64,000 nucleotides of DNA from a virus, in IMG/VR virus record IMGVR_UViG_3300047287_000420, positions 20,286 through 84,285 of that record; one strand, written 5' to 3'. The notes under the pieces are model-generated. The model did not search any database, was not told where the DNA came from, and saw nothing but the letters and a program-made list of their open reading frames with translations. This document shows positions 38,834 through 48,490 of this stretch, in pieces. Numbering within the stretch: position 1 is the first letter of the stretch; the number at the start of each line of letters is the position of its first letter. The translations under genes were made by a program, and so were the position numbers.

Positions 38834-39919
38834 TTAACTATTACTTCTAAGTGTATACCAACCCTGTTCGTGAAGATTAGTTAAATCAGTAAACACACGG
38901 TTGTACTTATCGCCGCAGGCTTCAAGACTGTACTTTTCTCTAGCAGTCTCGGAAATAACCTTGCGATCTAGCGAGTCTGCTTTATCAACAGCATCAAGCC
39001 AATCTTGAAGAGTCCGGCACCTAAATCCTGTAACACCATCAATAACCGTTTCAGTAAAAGCCCCGTAATCAACCGAGATTAAAGGAGTACCGCAAAGCAT
39101 AGCTTCGACTCCACTGCCCCCAAACGGCTCCGTGAAGACAGTTGGCATTAAAGCAGCCCGAGCGTTCTTTAAAAACTCAGATCGTTTCTTACCGCTTATA
39201 GGGCCACCATAATGAATATTCGGATGAGTCCAAGGTGTCGGATCGCCTTGTCCGTGAAGGATTATCGGCCACGGGGATCTCTGAGCGATTTCGTAAATGG
39301 TGTCCAAGCCTTTTAAGGAAGTTATACGACCTAGAAAAGCTAAATAACTACCCGGTTCATAAGATGCTTCCCAGTCATCTACATCAAAATAGTTTGGAAT
39401 AACCCACTCATAATTCTTTCCTCCTCGGTTTTCCTTACCTTGATGGACGTGCATCCAAGCGTAAGATTCATAGATATGAAAAGCATCAGACATCGTTGTT
39501 GGGTACCCGATGCCAGTTTCTACATGTTGATGATTAGGGAAAATCTCTAACAAACGACTATGGGCGTGACCAAAGGGATGGCAAATAATATCCTTTGGTT
39601 TTAAACGACTCTGTAATCGAGGTATTAGCTTACTTTCAAACAACTGATGGCCTTCACTACCAACCACGGCGACATCGCCGTAAAACTCTGATTTTCGACG
39701 GGAACCGTAAAGAGATTCAAACTCAGACTCATCTAAAATTTGAACATGCTCACAGGCTTCAGATTCACTACCGTAATTACTATATTCGATGACATCATAT
39801 CCTTGCGCTTTAAGCATTTTAGAAAAGCGCAAGACTTTTCCAGTAAAAGCACAATGTGAAAACTCTTGAGTAACTTTAGTGTGAAATAAACCTATTAAAT
39901 GAAGTGTAGGTTTGTTCAA
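38834..39919 (-). CDS. GT-B glycosyltransferase (GT4-like)
   Basis: FLGRITSLKG and EPFGGSGVEAMLCGTPLIS (E-x7-E), GVTGF. Confidence 0.9.
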   Translation of the reverse strand: MNKPTLHLIGLFHTKVTQEFSHCAFTGKVLRFSKMLKAQGYDVIEYSNYGSESEACEHVQILDESEFESLYGSRRKSEFYGDVAVVGSEGHQLFESKLIPRLQSRLKPKDIICHPFGHAHSRLLEIFPNHQHVETGIGYPTTMSDAFHIYESYAWMHVHQGKENRGGKNYEWVIPNYFDVDDWEASYEPGSYLAFLGRITSLKGLDTIYEIAQRSPWPIILHGQGDPTPWTHPNIHYGGPISGKKRSEFLKNARAALMPTVFTEPFGGSGVEAMLCGTPLISVDYGAFTETVIDGVTGFRCRTLQDWLDAVDKADSLDRKVISETAREKYSLEACGDKYNRVFTDLTNLHEQGWYTLRSNS

Positions 39920-39948
39920 CGGTAGGACTAAGGCACTATGTTGAGATC

Positions 39949-41466
39949 TTACTGCATGTCATTCAACATTCGGCAAGCAAGCCTTGTCGATGACTGAACG
40001 TAGTAACAAAGAACATCAACTTTTCCGACGCCGACAGACAGAGTTGGTGCGGTTCCTCCGGGGAAATCGTAATAAGAAGCGTAAGCAAGCGTGCCACCAG
40101 TCGAGCCCTGGGTAATAACAATCACCCCAGCTTGACCTTCTACAACGTTTGTCGGATTTCCTAAAGTTCTATTGCCGTTGATAGTGAGAGTAAAATTATT
40201 CCGAGTATTTAAATCTACTGAAACCGTTGCAGCGTCAGTAAGTGCTGTTGGCGTAATTCTATTAGCGCCTGTAAAACTCTGTGTGTTAGCAAGAATAGCT
40301 GCACCGGAAGGCTGAGGTCCTGTTGGGCCTGTTGCGCCTTGTGTACCCGTTACGCCTTGGGGTCCAGTAGCGCCGGTCGTACCTACTCCCGTAGCGCCAG
40401 TGACTCCCACGGCGCCTTGAACGCCGGTAGCTCCTGTTACACCAACAACACCAGTAGCGCCAGTTACGCCAACAACACCTGTTGCTCCAGTAACCCCCAC
40501 AGCGCCTTGAGGACCAGTGGCACCTGTTACACCGACAACACCTTGGACACCTGTTGCTCCGGTAACTCCCACGGCGCCTTGAGGACCAGTGGCACCTGTT
40601 TCACCTACGGCTCCTGTGGCACCAGATACACCAACAATTCCCTGAGGACCGGTTGGTCCCGTAATGCCTTGCGGGCCAGTAGCTCCTGTTTCCCCGACAG
40701 CACCTTGAACACCGGTAGCTCCCGTTACACCGACAACGCCGGTGGCCCCGCTAATCCCAACAACGCCGGTCGCGCCTGTGTCCCCGGTTGGTCCTTGAGC
40801 GCCAGTGGCACCAGTTACTCCAATTGGGCCGGTTTCTCCAATAGGTCCAGTAGCTCCAGTAACGCCTACAACACCAGTTGCTCCACTAACACCAACAACA
40901 CCAGTAGCTCCCGTGACACCAACTGGGCCGGTAACGCCAGTAGACCCAACCGGACCCGTAGCTCCAGTGGCCCCTCCAGGATCACCTTGAGGTCCCGTAG
41001 CTCCGGTAGTACCTGCAGGCCCTGTGGCTCCTGTTATGCCACGGGGGCCTGTGGCTCCAATGTTTCCTTGCGGTCCTGTAGCTCCTGAGATACCAATAGG
41101 ACCCGTCGCTCCGGTGGGTCCCTCTACACCTGTCGGGCCGGTCGCACCGCCGGGGCTACCCTGAGGACCGGTTGCGCCGGTTGTACCTACTCCAGTTGCT
41201 CCGGTAGCGCCAACAGAACCAGAGGCACCTGTAGCACCAGTCGCGCCGGCGGCGCCTGTCGCACCGGAGGGGCCGCCAGAAGGACCAGTAGGTCCCTGAG
41301 GACCTGTAGCACCGGTTGCCCCAGACCCTGCAATTGTTACAACAGAGCCAGAAAGATTTTTAGTCTGTAAACCACCTGTTGAGGTGTTGATAACTATCTG
41401 ACCTACTTCTATTTCGCTAGCGTCTACACCAGAGGGACTTGTGTTGAAATAAACTTTATTTGCCAT
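39949..41466 (-). CDS. long collagen-like fibre protein (G-X-T rich)
   Basis: Roughly 330 aa of G-X-Y repeats (GAT/GVT/GPT/GPQ) between N- and C-terminal globular domains. Confidence 0.9.
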   Translation of the reverse strand: MANKVYFNTSPSGVDASEIEVGQIVINTSTGGLQTKNLSGSVVTIAGSGATGATGPQGPTGPSGGPSGATGAAGATGATGASGSVGATGATGVGTTGATGPQGSPGGATGPTGVEGPTGATGPIGISGATGPQGNIGATGPRGITGATGPAGTTGATGPQGDPGGATGATGPVGSTGVTGPVGVTGATGVVGVSGATGVVGVTGATGPIGETGPIGVTGATGAQGPTGDTGATGVVGISGATGVVGVTGATGVQGAVGETGATGPQGITGPTGPQGIVGVSGATGAVGETGATGPQGAVGVTGATGVQGVVGVTGATGPQGAVGVTGATGVVGVTGATGVVGVTGATGVQGAVGVTGATGVGTTGATGPQGVTGTQGATGPTGPQPSGAAILANTQSFTGANRITPTALTDAATVSVDLNTRNNFTLTINGNRTLGNPTNVVEGQAGVIVITQGSTGGTLAYASYYDFPGGTAPTLSVGVGKVDVLCYYVQSSTRLACRMLNDMQ

Positions 41467-41469
41467 TGC

Positions 41470-42300
41470 TTAAATAGCCCCTCCACTAATTGTAATGTCT
41501 GCCCAAGAAGTTCCGTTCCATACTTTAATTTGCTCAGAAGTTGAATTAAACCAACCTGCACCAGGAACTGAAGGCGCAGGAGCTGAAGGTCCGTAAGCAA
41601 AACTTCTCGTGCTTCCTGTTTCGTACCAACCACTAGAAGTGGCATCGTAAACAAACAAATTACCCATAAGGGTATTGAACCAAAGAGAACCATCGCGAGG
41701 TGGGGCATTAAGCCCAGTTCCAGAAGGAGGAACTTCGCCTTTAACGGCAATTGCTTCGCTATTGGTTTGCAGCCAGCCTGAGGCTTCTGCATAAACAAGT
41801 AATCTTCCTTCAGCTGTATCGAACCACAAGGCTCCGTTAGTTTCAACAGGAGCGTTGTCTTGTACGTATACAGCTGATTGAACACCACTAATTGTGGCGG
41901 TTGAGTTTATTTCTAAACGACCATTTGATAAGTAATCAAAGTTGATATTAGATCCGGCTACAAGCGCACCAGATACAATAGCACCGTAGTTAGCATTTAC
42001 AATACTATAAATGCCACTTGACGTAAGGTATATACCAGACCCACCTACAACATTAGAACCTCCGCCTCCACCTTGGATTCCGCTCATCGAAGCGTTGAGA
42101 TCCTCGAGTGCTCGGACAACACCCTCAAAGTTATAAGGATATCCGTAAGGGCATCGAGTGTATGTAGAGGTTCCCACGACGCCGCTTACAGTTAAAAGGA
42201 TCTCATCAATGACGGTGACGATACCCTCGAAGTTCTCGCTATGAAGAGCACGAGGGAGCGTACCGTGAAGTGGACAGGCGGGTACGTTAGTTTCAGTCAT
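41470..42300 (-). CDS. virion fibre-associated protein
   Basis: Three G.LWF(D/N)T...L.VY...W-type repeats. Confidence 0.75.
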   Translation of the reverse strand: MTETNVPACPLHGTLPRALHSENFEGIVTVIDEILLTVSGVVGTSTYTRCPYGYPYNFEGVVRALEDLNASMSGIQGGGGGSNVVGGSGIYLTSSGIYSIVNANYGAIVSGALVAGSNINFDYLSNGRLEINSTATISGVQSAVYVQDNAPVETNGALWFDTAEGRLLVYAEASGWLQTNSEAIAVKGEVPPSGTGLNAPPRDGSLWFNTLMGNLFVYDATSSGWYETGSTRSFAYGPSAPAPSVPGAGWFNSTSEQIKVWNGTSWADITISGGAI

Positions 42301-42919
42301 CTAAAAACGTAATCCCTCCCGTATTCTCCAGTTTAACCGAGAGAGATTAAATTCTACGTCTTTGTGCTACTGCGAGAAACTTTAAATACGAGCTCGCCGT
42401 TTCGCTCATGCACAGCAAAACTCTCCGCAAGTTTCCAGGCGGGAATACCGAGCACAGTAGCTCTATGGCGCAGGCCTTCCCAAGTAATCTCTTCTACGGG
42501 CTGGACGGTAGTTTTCGACACAAAGCACCTCTACGTTTCACAAAGTCTATATCTTTTTAAAGATATATCAAACCCACGGGCTGGCCGGTTGTTTTTGAAC
42601 GCTGTCCTAAAAAAAATTCTCCTCAAAACTTTTTGTGGAAGTCGGCGTTCTCAACGAAACTGGATCGTTACTGTAGGAGATAAATTATTTGAATTAAATT
42701 TAGATAAACGTACTTAGTTAGTTTCTTGTAAAACTACTCAGGAAACATTAAGGAGACGTCTCAATAAAGATAAAAAGCTGTGTCTCAGCCCAGTCTCGTA
42801 TTGGAATACCTTAAAAAAGAAAGTATTAATCCTATGGGGTTCTGCACTAGCTATCCTTCTGTGCGCTCTATGGGTTCTGTAAGCTCCATAGTCTTTTAAC
42901 AGTCCCTGAAGCACCCTCG

Positions 42920-43642
42920 GTGCTACGATGCGCCCAAGATGCGACCCTTGGCATGGCTTTAAACCTGCGGGCAGTTGCGTTACTAGGTCTTTTAGATCTG
43001 GACGACACGGACTCGCCAACCCCCACCGGGGCTCCTGAGACAATCGAGAGACTCGGTCACTGGCACATCGAGCACTACGCAAACGTCTCGGCCTGGCGCT
43101 GTCTCTGCGGTAGATCTGAGCCCTTGCTGGTCCCTGCGGCGTTCCGTAAGCGCGTCCGTCTACCTCATGACCTTGTTCAGGCTTGCGAGGTGTGCAGGCT
43201 TGAGCTGGCCAGTACCTCTAGTCGAGCTGGTCGCCTTCACGCTTGGCTCGAGCGGCACCGCCCGCTGATCGACAGAGTCGAGCACTTGGAGTATCCGGAG
43301 GATCGGGGCTTCACTTACAGTGAGGATGACGGCCAGTGCACGCGTACTAGGCGGTTTATCTACGAAGCATTCTTTAAGACAAAACTAAGATCAAGTGACT
43401 ACGTGCGCTCCAGGTGCTCTAATCCATTCTGTATAAACCCATACCACCTATGTACCACACCGAGCCCGAATCAAAAAGCTACCCCTCAGATCGAAAAGCT
43501 GATTCACCACCTTCAAGAGCTGGGTATTTCGGCGAAGATCACGCAAAAGGTTTTACAAGAGAAGCACGGAACGAAATTATCGCTTTCCACAATCCAAGGC
43601 ATCAGGGCCGCGTCCAAGCAATTACTCGCCACAGCGGCTTGA
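42920..43642 (+). CDS. Zn-finger + degenerate HNH + HTH protein
   Basis: WRCLCG, CEVC, CSNPFCINPYHL and a C-terminal HTH-like segment. Confidence 0.7.
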   Translation: MLRCAQDATLGMALNLRAVALLGLLDLDDTDSPTPTGAPETIERLGHWHIEHYANVSAWRCLCGRSEPLLVPAAFRKRVRLPHDLVQACEVCRLELASTSSRAGRLHAWLERHRPLIDRVEHLEYPEDRGFTYSEDDGQCTRTRRFIYEAFFKTKLRSSDYVRSRCSNPFCINPYHLCTTPSPNQKATPQIEKLIHHLQELGISAKITQKVLQEKHGTKLSLSTIQGIRAASKQLLATAA

Positions 43643-43851
43643 TTCTCGATTTACAGCAGATTATGCCTGCTAGTATTTCGGAGATTGCCGAAGTAGTCGG
43701 TCAATCGACGAGCACAGTTCGCAATCACTTGAGGCAGTTAATTCAACTAGACCTCGTAATTAAAACTTCTTTCGAGCAACACTCACTTTATTGTTTAAAT
43801 GGTTGTTACAACGTACACATCGCCCGCATACTCACAGAGCTCTTCGACTGA
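43639..43851 (+). CDS. ArsR-like winged-helix protein
   Basis: PASISEIAEVVGQSTSTVRNHLRQL..LDLV; TTGA overlap. Confidence 0.75.
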   Translation: MILDLQQIMPASISEIAEVVGQSTSTVRNHLRQLIQLDLVIKTSFEQHSLYCLNGCYNVHIARILTELFD

Positions 43852-44254
43852 GCTAAAGCGGCCTTGTCTCTGGGACGAAGAAGTCCGTATTGAGAATCTT
43901 CCAGGCTGGATTTATACAGATAACCAGCCGCCTGCCAGTTTTAAAGACTGTCAAGCGAAGATCAGCTCACTTGAGTACACGATCAAGGACATCGAGCTTC
44001 AGATTGAAATTCGAGAACTTGAACTTAAAACAGGATCTAGTCGCCACAGCAACGCTTTTGATTTCGAGCGCTGGAAAGTTGGTGCTCTCAAAGCTAAACA
44101 AACCCATTATTACCTGCTAAACGCATATAGTTACTGGTTGATCAAGAACACGCCTAATGTGGTTGACACCACTTCTAAGCTTGATAAACTGATCGCACTT
44201 CTCATCGAGGACCCAGCCGACTTCGAGACAAAAGCCTCAGCACTCTTAGACTAA
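43799..44254 (+). CDS. hypothetical coiled-coil protein
   Basis: 151-aa ORF. Confidence 0.65.
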   Translation: MVVTTYTSPAYSQSSSTELKRPCLWDEEVRIENLPGWIYTDNQPPASFKDCQAKISSLEYTIKDIELQIEIRELELKTGSSRHSNAFDFERWKVGALKAKQTHYYLLNAYSYWLIKNTPNVVDTTSKLDKLIALLIEDPADFETKASALLD

Positions 44255-44385
44255 ACAGACCACTGCGTAACAAAGGCCGTAGTGGTTCGAGGGGTGCTGT
44301 GTTCGTTTTAGCCTTTTCCGACCAGCAGTAATTCGCTCTGGTTGCCTGGCGCCAGGTGATCAAGAGGAGCCCCTCTCTTATTTAC

Positions 44386-44709
44386 ATGGATCAAACTCTT
44401 AAAGAAATCAAAACGATTCGAGAAGCACTCACCAGCATCGACATCTCACTACAGTTGTTGGTTTCTCAAAAAGAAGGGAAAACAACAAGTGCATTTGTAA
44501 GCAAAAAGACGATAAGCCAACGACTCAACATCCCTTCAGTAGCTATAGATAAATTGATACACCAGGGAATTGTCTCAGGAGGATCCTCCGGACTTGTGGA
44601 GGGTAAGCACTATTGCAAAGTAGACCCTACTGAGCGAAACTCTTCTAAGTTTCTGTATGATCCACACGCGGTTATGGAAGCCGCATGGAAGAACTTCACC
44701 AATGTCTGA
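44386..44709 (+). CDS. HTH (excisionase/MerR-like) DNA-binding protein
   Basis: FVSKKTISQRLNIPSVAIDKL...LVEGKHY. Confidence 0.6.
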   Translation: MDQTLKEIKTIREALTSIDISLQLLVSQKEGKTTSAFVSKKTISQRLNIPSVAIDKLIHQGIVSGGSSGLVEGKHYCKVDPTERNSSKFLYDPHAVMEAAWKNFTNV

Positions 44710-45121
44710 CCTTTCTCGCGGCGCAACTGCCTTAATCAAAAACCTCTTCGGAGGTAATGAAACAGAGCGCATGATCAGTGCAGGCGTAGTCCGCACGATC
44801 CTTTCTGATATCACACGACTTTACTTTGAAAATCGAGCAGCAAGAGGTGAAGGCATTCTGGTATTCAATCCAGAAGATCCGGAGAACTCGAAGTACCTAA
44901 CCAAAAATGAACTTGAGAACGATCTTGCAGTAGCGCAAGAGGGTATGGACGAAAAAGCGGAAGCTTTATTCGCAAAAGTAATTCAAGTAATCGAGAAAGA
45001 GTCAGAGTCAGATCTTGCTCTGGTAGCGATGGTTCAATCGAACGAGATTGCAATCCACTTGATTGACCCAATCGAAGCCAACAAAAAGATCGATGAGTTT
45101 TCAAACAGTCTCATTCTCTGA
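44702..45121 (+). CDS. hypothetical protein
   Basis: ATG at 44702, overlapping both neighbours. Confidence 0.7.
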   Translation: MSDLSRGATALIKNLFGGNETERMISAGVVRTILSDITRLYFENRAARGEGILVFNPEDPENSKYLTKNELENDLAVAQEGMDEKAEALFAKVIQVIEKESESDLALVAMVQSNEIAIHLIDPIEANKKIDEFSNSLIL

Positions 45122-45680
45122 TGATGATTATGTCTCACCTTCAGACTTAACAGCAACCACGGCTGCTTTTTTCGGCGGTTCGATTGAACTAGATCCAGCT
45201 TCAAGTGAAGTTGCTAACTCAGTGATTCAAGCTGAGCGTTATTTCACTTGGCGTGAAAACGGTTTAATCCAACCGTGGAAAGCTAAGAACGTTTATCTGT
45301 TTCCTCCAAGAAGTACCTTGGCTGGAGACGAACAACCAAAGAACACGCGGCTCTTTCAAAAGAACTACAGGTTCAAGAAATCAGCTCAACGGATCTGGTT
45401 GGAACTCTGTTATCGGAAGTGGCTTCACAACGAATTTGAACAAGCCATAGTCTTTTTAACTTCTTCTGAAGTTGCTCTTCTAGTTGCGCAAAAGATAAAC
45501 TTTGACTTTCCTCTGTGCGTTTTAGCTAGTAAACCTAAGTTACTTAAGGAGAAAGATTTAGAACCAATAAAAACTAAAGTTCTTGGTTTTGTTTATTACT
45601 TACCACCTAGATCAAACTACGAACAAAGTATACAGACTTTCTCTGAATACTTTAGTACGCTTGGGAGGGTGTATATCTGA
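45093..45680 (+). CDS. phage Dam-like N6-adenine methyltransferase fold with degenerate catalytic motif
   Basis: IELDPASS, YFT..ENGL.QPW; VYLFPPR where NPPY is expected. Confidence 0.75.
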   Translation: MSFQTVSFSDDDYVSPSDLTATTAAFFGGSIELDPASSEVANSVIQAERYFTWRENGLIQPWKAKNVYLFPPRSTLAGDEQPKNTRLFQKNYRFKKSAQRIWLELCYRKWLHNEFEQAIVFLTSSEVALLVAQKINFDFPLCVLASKPKLLKEKDLEPIKTKVLGFVYYLPPRSNYEQSIQTFSEYFSTLGRVYI

Positions 45681-45933
45681 TTGGATCTTTCGTATCCCAG
45701 GAATCATCTGGGCCGAATTGATCTTTCTCACCAAACCCTAAACCTACGCCACGCGCAGACTGTAGTCTTTGCCGGGCTTTCGTTTCTTGCTGTCGAGTTC
45801 TATCACGAAGCTCTACGCCAAATAACTCTCCAGCAAATCGATGAAAAGAAGGGTCACGATCGACGTGGTGTTGACGACGCCGACCGTAACTCTCTGCTCG
45901 CTTCTCTATACCTAGCTTTGCGATGCTTCGCAT
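45652..45933 (-). CDS. hypothetical protein
   Basis: TGATG-coupled to the upstream - strand gene. Confidence 0.55.
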   Translation of the reverse strand: MRSIAKLGIEKRAESYGRRRQHHVDRDPSFHRFAGELFGVELRDRTRQQETKARQRLQSARGVGLGFGEKDQFGPDDSWDTKDPIRYTPSQAY

Positions 45934-46667
45934 CAGCCAAGGCTGCCGTAGTTCATCAAACCAGACACATCGCCACTTGTGTTGTAGTAGCGGCCAATGG
46001 CATCAGCTGTATTACGAGACCCGTAAATAAACTGTTGAGTTTGAGGATCTTGGTAATCGTACATTGCTTTGTACTTACCTTTAATCTGATTGCTGGTGGG
46101 GTCAACCCAATCAGCAACATCTCGAATAGAACCAACATTCATCGAAACCACCGGGGGGTCGAGCGCTAACTTTTCGTAACCGCCTAAACGACCAGCTAAA
46201 GAATATTGATTTTGAATATTCTGAACACGATCGTTTAATCGATTGTATTCACTAGAGATATCGGGAGAGATACCAAGATCAGCCCGACCCTGAGTTGCGA
46301 CATTAGCTACGGTGTCCGCAAAAGCGTCGTAGTACTTATTTAAAGCTTCTTCACCAGTCATCCCGGTAAGTTCGGGATAAATGTTTTCGATGCGCCGATT
46401 GATTTTTTTTGTAGTTCGACGTTGTTCTTGTTTAAGTGTTTTTGTGGCTTCTTTTATGTAATCTTCAATAGATCCAGCGGTACCGCCGCCGAACAAACCA
46501 CCGAGGCTTCCGGCGAGCCGAGTTAAATTGTCTAAATTGAAAACGTTTTCATTACTACCAATAGGAGCCCCTGAAAACCCAATCTTTCCTTCTCCAGGAG
46601 CGGAAGAAATCGGCTCCGAAACATTCTGCCAAGAAGTATTCGGAAAATCAGCAGCAGTGGCGGCCAT
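45933..46667 (-). CDS. putative internal virion/ejection protein
   Basis: GSLGGLFGG glycine segment plus helical body. Confidence 0.55.
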   Translation of the reverse strand: MAATAADFPNTSWQNVSEPISSAPGEGKIGFSGAPIGSNENVFNLDNLTRLAGSLGGLFGGGTAGSIEDYIKEATKTLKQEQRRTTKKINRRIENIYPELTGMTGEEALNKYYDAFADTVANVATQGRADLGISPDISSEYNRLNDRVQNIQNQYSLAGRLGGYEKLALDPPVVSMNVGSIRDVADWVDPTSNQIKGKYKAMYDYQDPQTQQFIYGSRNTADAIGRYYNTSGDVSGLMNYGSLG

Positions 46668-46687
46668 GTTTGTTCTCGGTGGGTAAA

Positions 46688-46969
46688 TCAGGAGATAGTA
46701 GATTTGCCGGGTTTAAAGGCATCGACTGCCTGCCGAATAAGAATCCCTAGTAAGTCTCTGGTCTGATCCGTGTATGACGGACGGCTGCTATAACCACCGG
46801 GGGTTCCGGGGGTTCTTCCTAACCCACCTAAAATACCTTTACCAAGACCACTTAAGAAGTCCGAACCAAACTGACCCAGACTATATCCGCTGTTGGGACC
46901 GGTATTAACAGCCATCCCGACAGGGGTTTGACTAACCGGTACGTCAATCCCAGCAGCAAAGGGATTCAT
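46688..46969 (-). CDS. putative small internal virion protein
   Basis: Gly-zipper-like LGQFGSDFLSGLGKGILGG. Confidence 0.55.
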   Translation of the reverse strand: MNPFAAGIDVPVSQTPVGMAVNTGPNSGYSLGQFGSDFLSGLGKGILGGLGRTPGTPGGYSSRPSYTDQTRDLLGILIRQAVDAFKPGKSTIS

Positions 46970-47001
46970 AGGTAACGCACTAACCTCTATTGATTATACG
47001 T

Positions 47002-47826
47002 TTAAATAACAGAGGAAGGAGCACTAAAAGCACCTAAAGCTTGAGCTAGAAGTTCGGCCTTAGCTACCTCCGCCGCTGCTACGTTACTTTGGAGATTTCT
47101 CGCCAAATCCTGCTCAACTGCCTGTTGATACTGTTCAGTGTTTTGACGCCCTTTATACGCATCTAGTATTATTCCAAGCTCTTGCTGCGCTGGGCTGACG
47201 GAGCTCTCAGAATAATCCGGCATTTCCGGAGTAGGTAAAGCGGAGCGCTGGCCGAACCCACGGCCGCCCATCACTCCCATCATGTCGATAAATTTGTTTA
47301 GTAAACCTATCCCTAGTCCAGAACTTTTAGCAGCTGCATCCTGCTGAGATGTGGGTTTAGCTGCGGCGGCTGCAGTAGCTCCTTGCTTTTCAGCAAACTG
47401 ACGCAGAGACTCAAAACTTTTTACCGGCTGCCCATAAGCACTTTTGCCTTGCAACGTGGGCAAAGAAGCCCAAGTTCCCGATAACTTAGCAACAGTCTCT
47501 TTAGTGATCGGGTCACGATCAGGGTTTACTCCCTTTGATCGAATAAGCGCTAGTGCAGCAATATCTTGAGATCTCGGCCCAAAATCTTTAAGTCCCTGCT
47601 GCTTGGCTACACCAGCCCAGGTATCAGGCATAAACTGATAAGCACCAGCCGCTGCACTGGAGTACTTACCGCCGTGAACCACTTGGTTCGGATGACGGCT
47701 TAGATCCTTGATTGGTTTATATCCAAACGTAATATCGTAACGTGGCGCAGAACCTCCCCAAGTACCCTCAGCGTAAGAAAGCAGATTTAGCCAACGACGC
47801 GCGTTAGGGCTTATAGGATCACTCAT
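47002..47826 (-). CDS. virion-associated muramidase (lambda R/GH104-like)
   Basis: LSYAEGT, SAAAGAYQF, F.P.SQD..A, WASLP...YGQ; Ala/Gln-rich tail. Confidence 0.88.
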   Translation of the reverse strand: MSDPISPNARRWLNLLSYAEGTWGGSAPRYDITFGYKPIKDLSRHPNQVVHGGKYSSAAAGAYQFMPDTWAGVAKQQGLKDFGPRSQDIAALALIRSKGVNPDRDPITKETVAKLSGTWASLPTLQGKSAYGQPVKSFESLRQFAEKQGATAAAAAKPTSQQDAAAKSSGLGIGLLNKFIDMMGVMGGRGFGQRSALPTPEMPDYSESSVSPAQQELGIILDAYKGRQNTEQYQQAVEQDLARNLQSNVAAAEVAKAELLAQALGAFSAPSSVI

Positions 47827-48052
47827 CCTCTTCTTCGTCGAATATATCTATATTAGTGTCAATAGCCACGCCGATTTCCTCCATAACTGATTTAAAAGCC
47901 CGTTCGCGACATACAAATCTAAAAATTGTTTTCCATAAATACTGATCTCGATCTTCTCCTTTGAGAGCGTGGGCGGCGTTCTTTAGCCGTGTCAGGGTGA
48001 AGTCGTCTTCTAAAGTCAGGCCGACGTGAAGCTGCCCTTTCTCGTCTCTCAC
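47819..48052 (-). CDS. second NblA-like protein
   Basis: LTLEDDFTLTRL...DQYLWKTIFRFVCRERAFKSVM aligns by eye with the NblA pattern. Confidence 0.5.
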   Translation of the reverse strand: MRDEKGQLHVGLTLEDDFTLTRLKNAAHALKGEDRDQYLWKTIFRFVCRERAFKSVMEEIGVAIDTNIDIFDEEEDE

Positions 48053-48106
48053 CGCCCGAAGTGCATCTAACCTCAGTTTAAATCAAATCATAATTTTGCT
48101 TAAGGC

Positions 48107-48355
48107 TCACCAACTCTTGCAGGCCCAATAACGAGCTTTCAGCTTACTGCCAGGGTTATCGCAGTTATGGCGTGCTCTAAAGTTTTCACGACGTTCTGGA
48201 ATGTGTTTTTTGATCGTCATGTTAGGATCTCCAAACCGAACGAGACGAACCTCATCACCTTCCTTGGCGGCCACGGCGAACTTCTTGCCTCCGTCTGAGT
48301 CCCGGCGAGGCTGGTTGTACCCCTTGAAAATCTCGCCAGCGATGCGGATCGCCAT
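48107..48355 (-). CDS. small basic conserved phage protein
   Basis: VRFGDPNM...FRARHNC...ARYWACK.W. Confidence 0.75.
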   Translation of the reverse strand: MAIRIAGEIFKGYNQPRRDSDGGKKFAVAAKEGDEVRLVRFGDPNMTIKKHIPERRENFRARHNCDNPGSKLKARYWACKSW

Positions 48356-48490
48356 AGCCCTGGTCTAGTGCGTCTCCTCAGTCTACTGGGTTCAAACATA
48401 AAATTAACCTTAAGCTCAGAATCACAGATTCACTTCATGAAGATTCCTGCTAACCTTTTCGCGTTGTCTTCATTCACAACGCCACATTAA

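Noticed and set aside
40339-41088. 249-aa + strand repetitive ORF
   Set aside because: Shadow of the collagen repeat on the opposite strand
40300-41330. Tandem DNA repeats that might suggest a CRISPR array or VNTR
   Set aside because: Degenerate at third codon positions and explained by G-X-Y coding; no spacers
44259-44378. GGTTCGA and several hairpins suggesting a tRNA
   Set aside because: Could not fold a cloverleaf; may be a structured leader but support is insufficient
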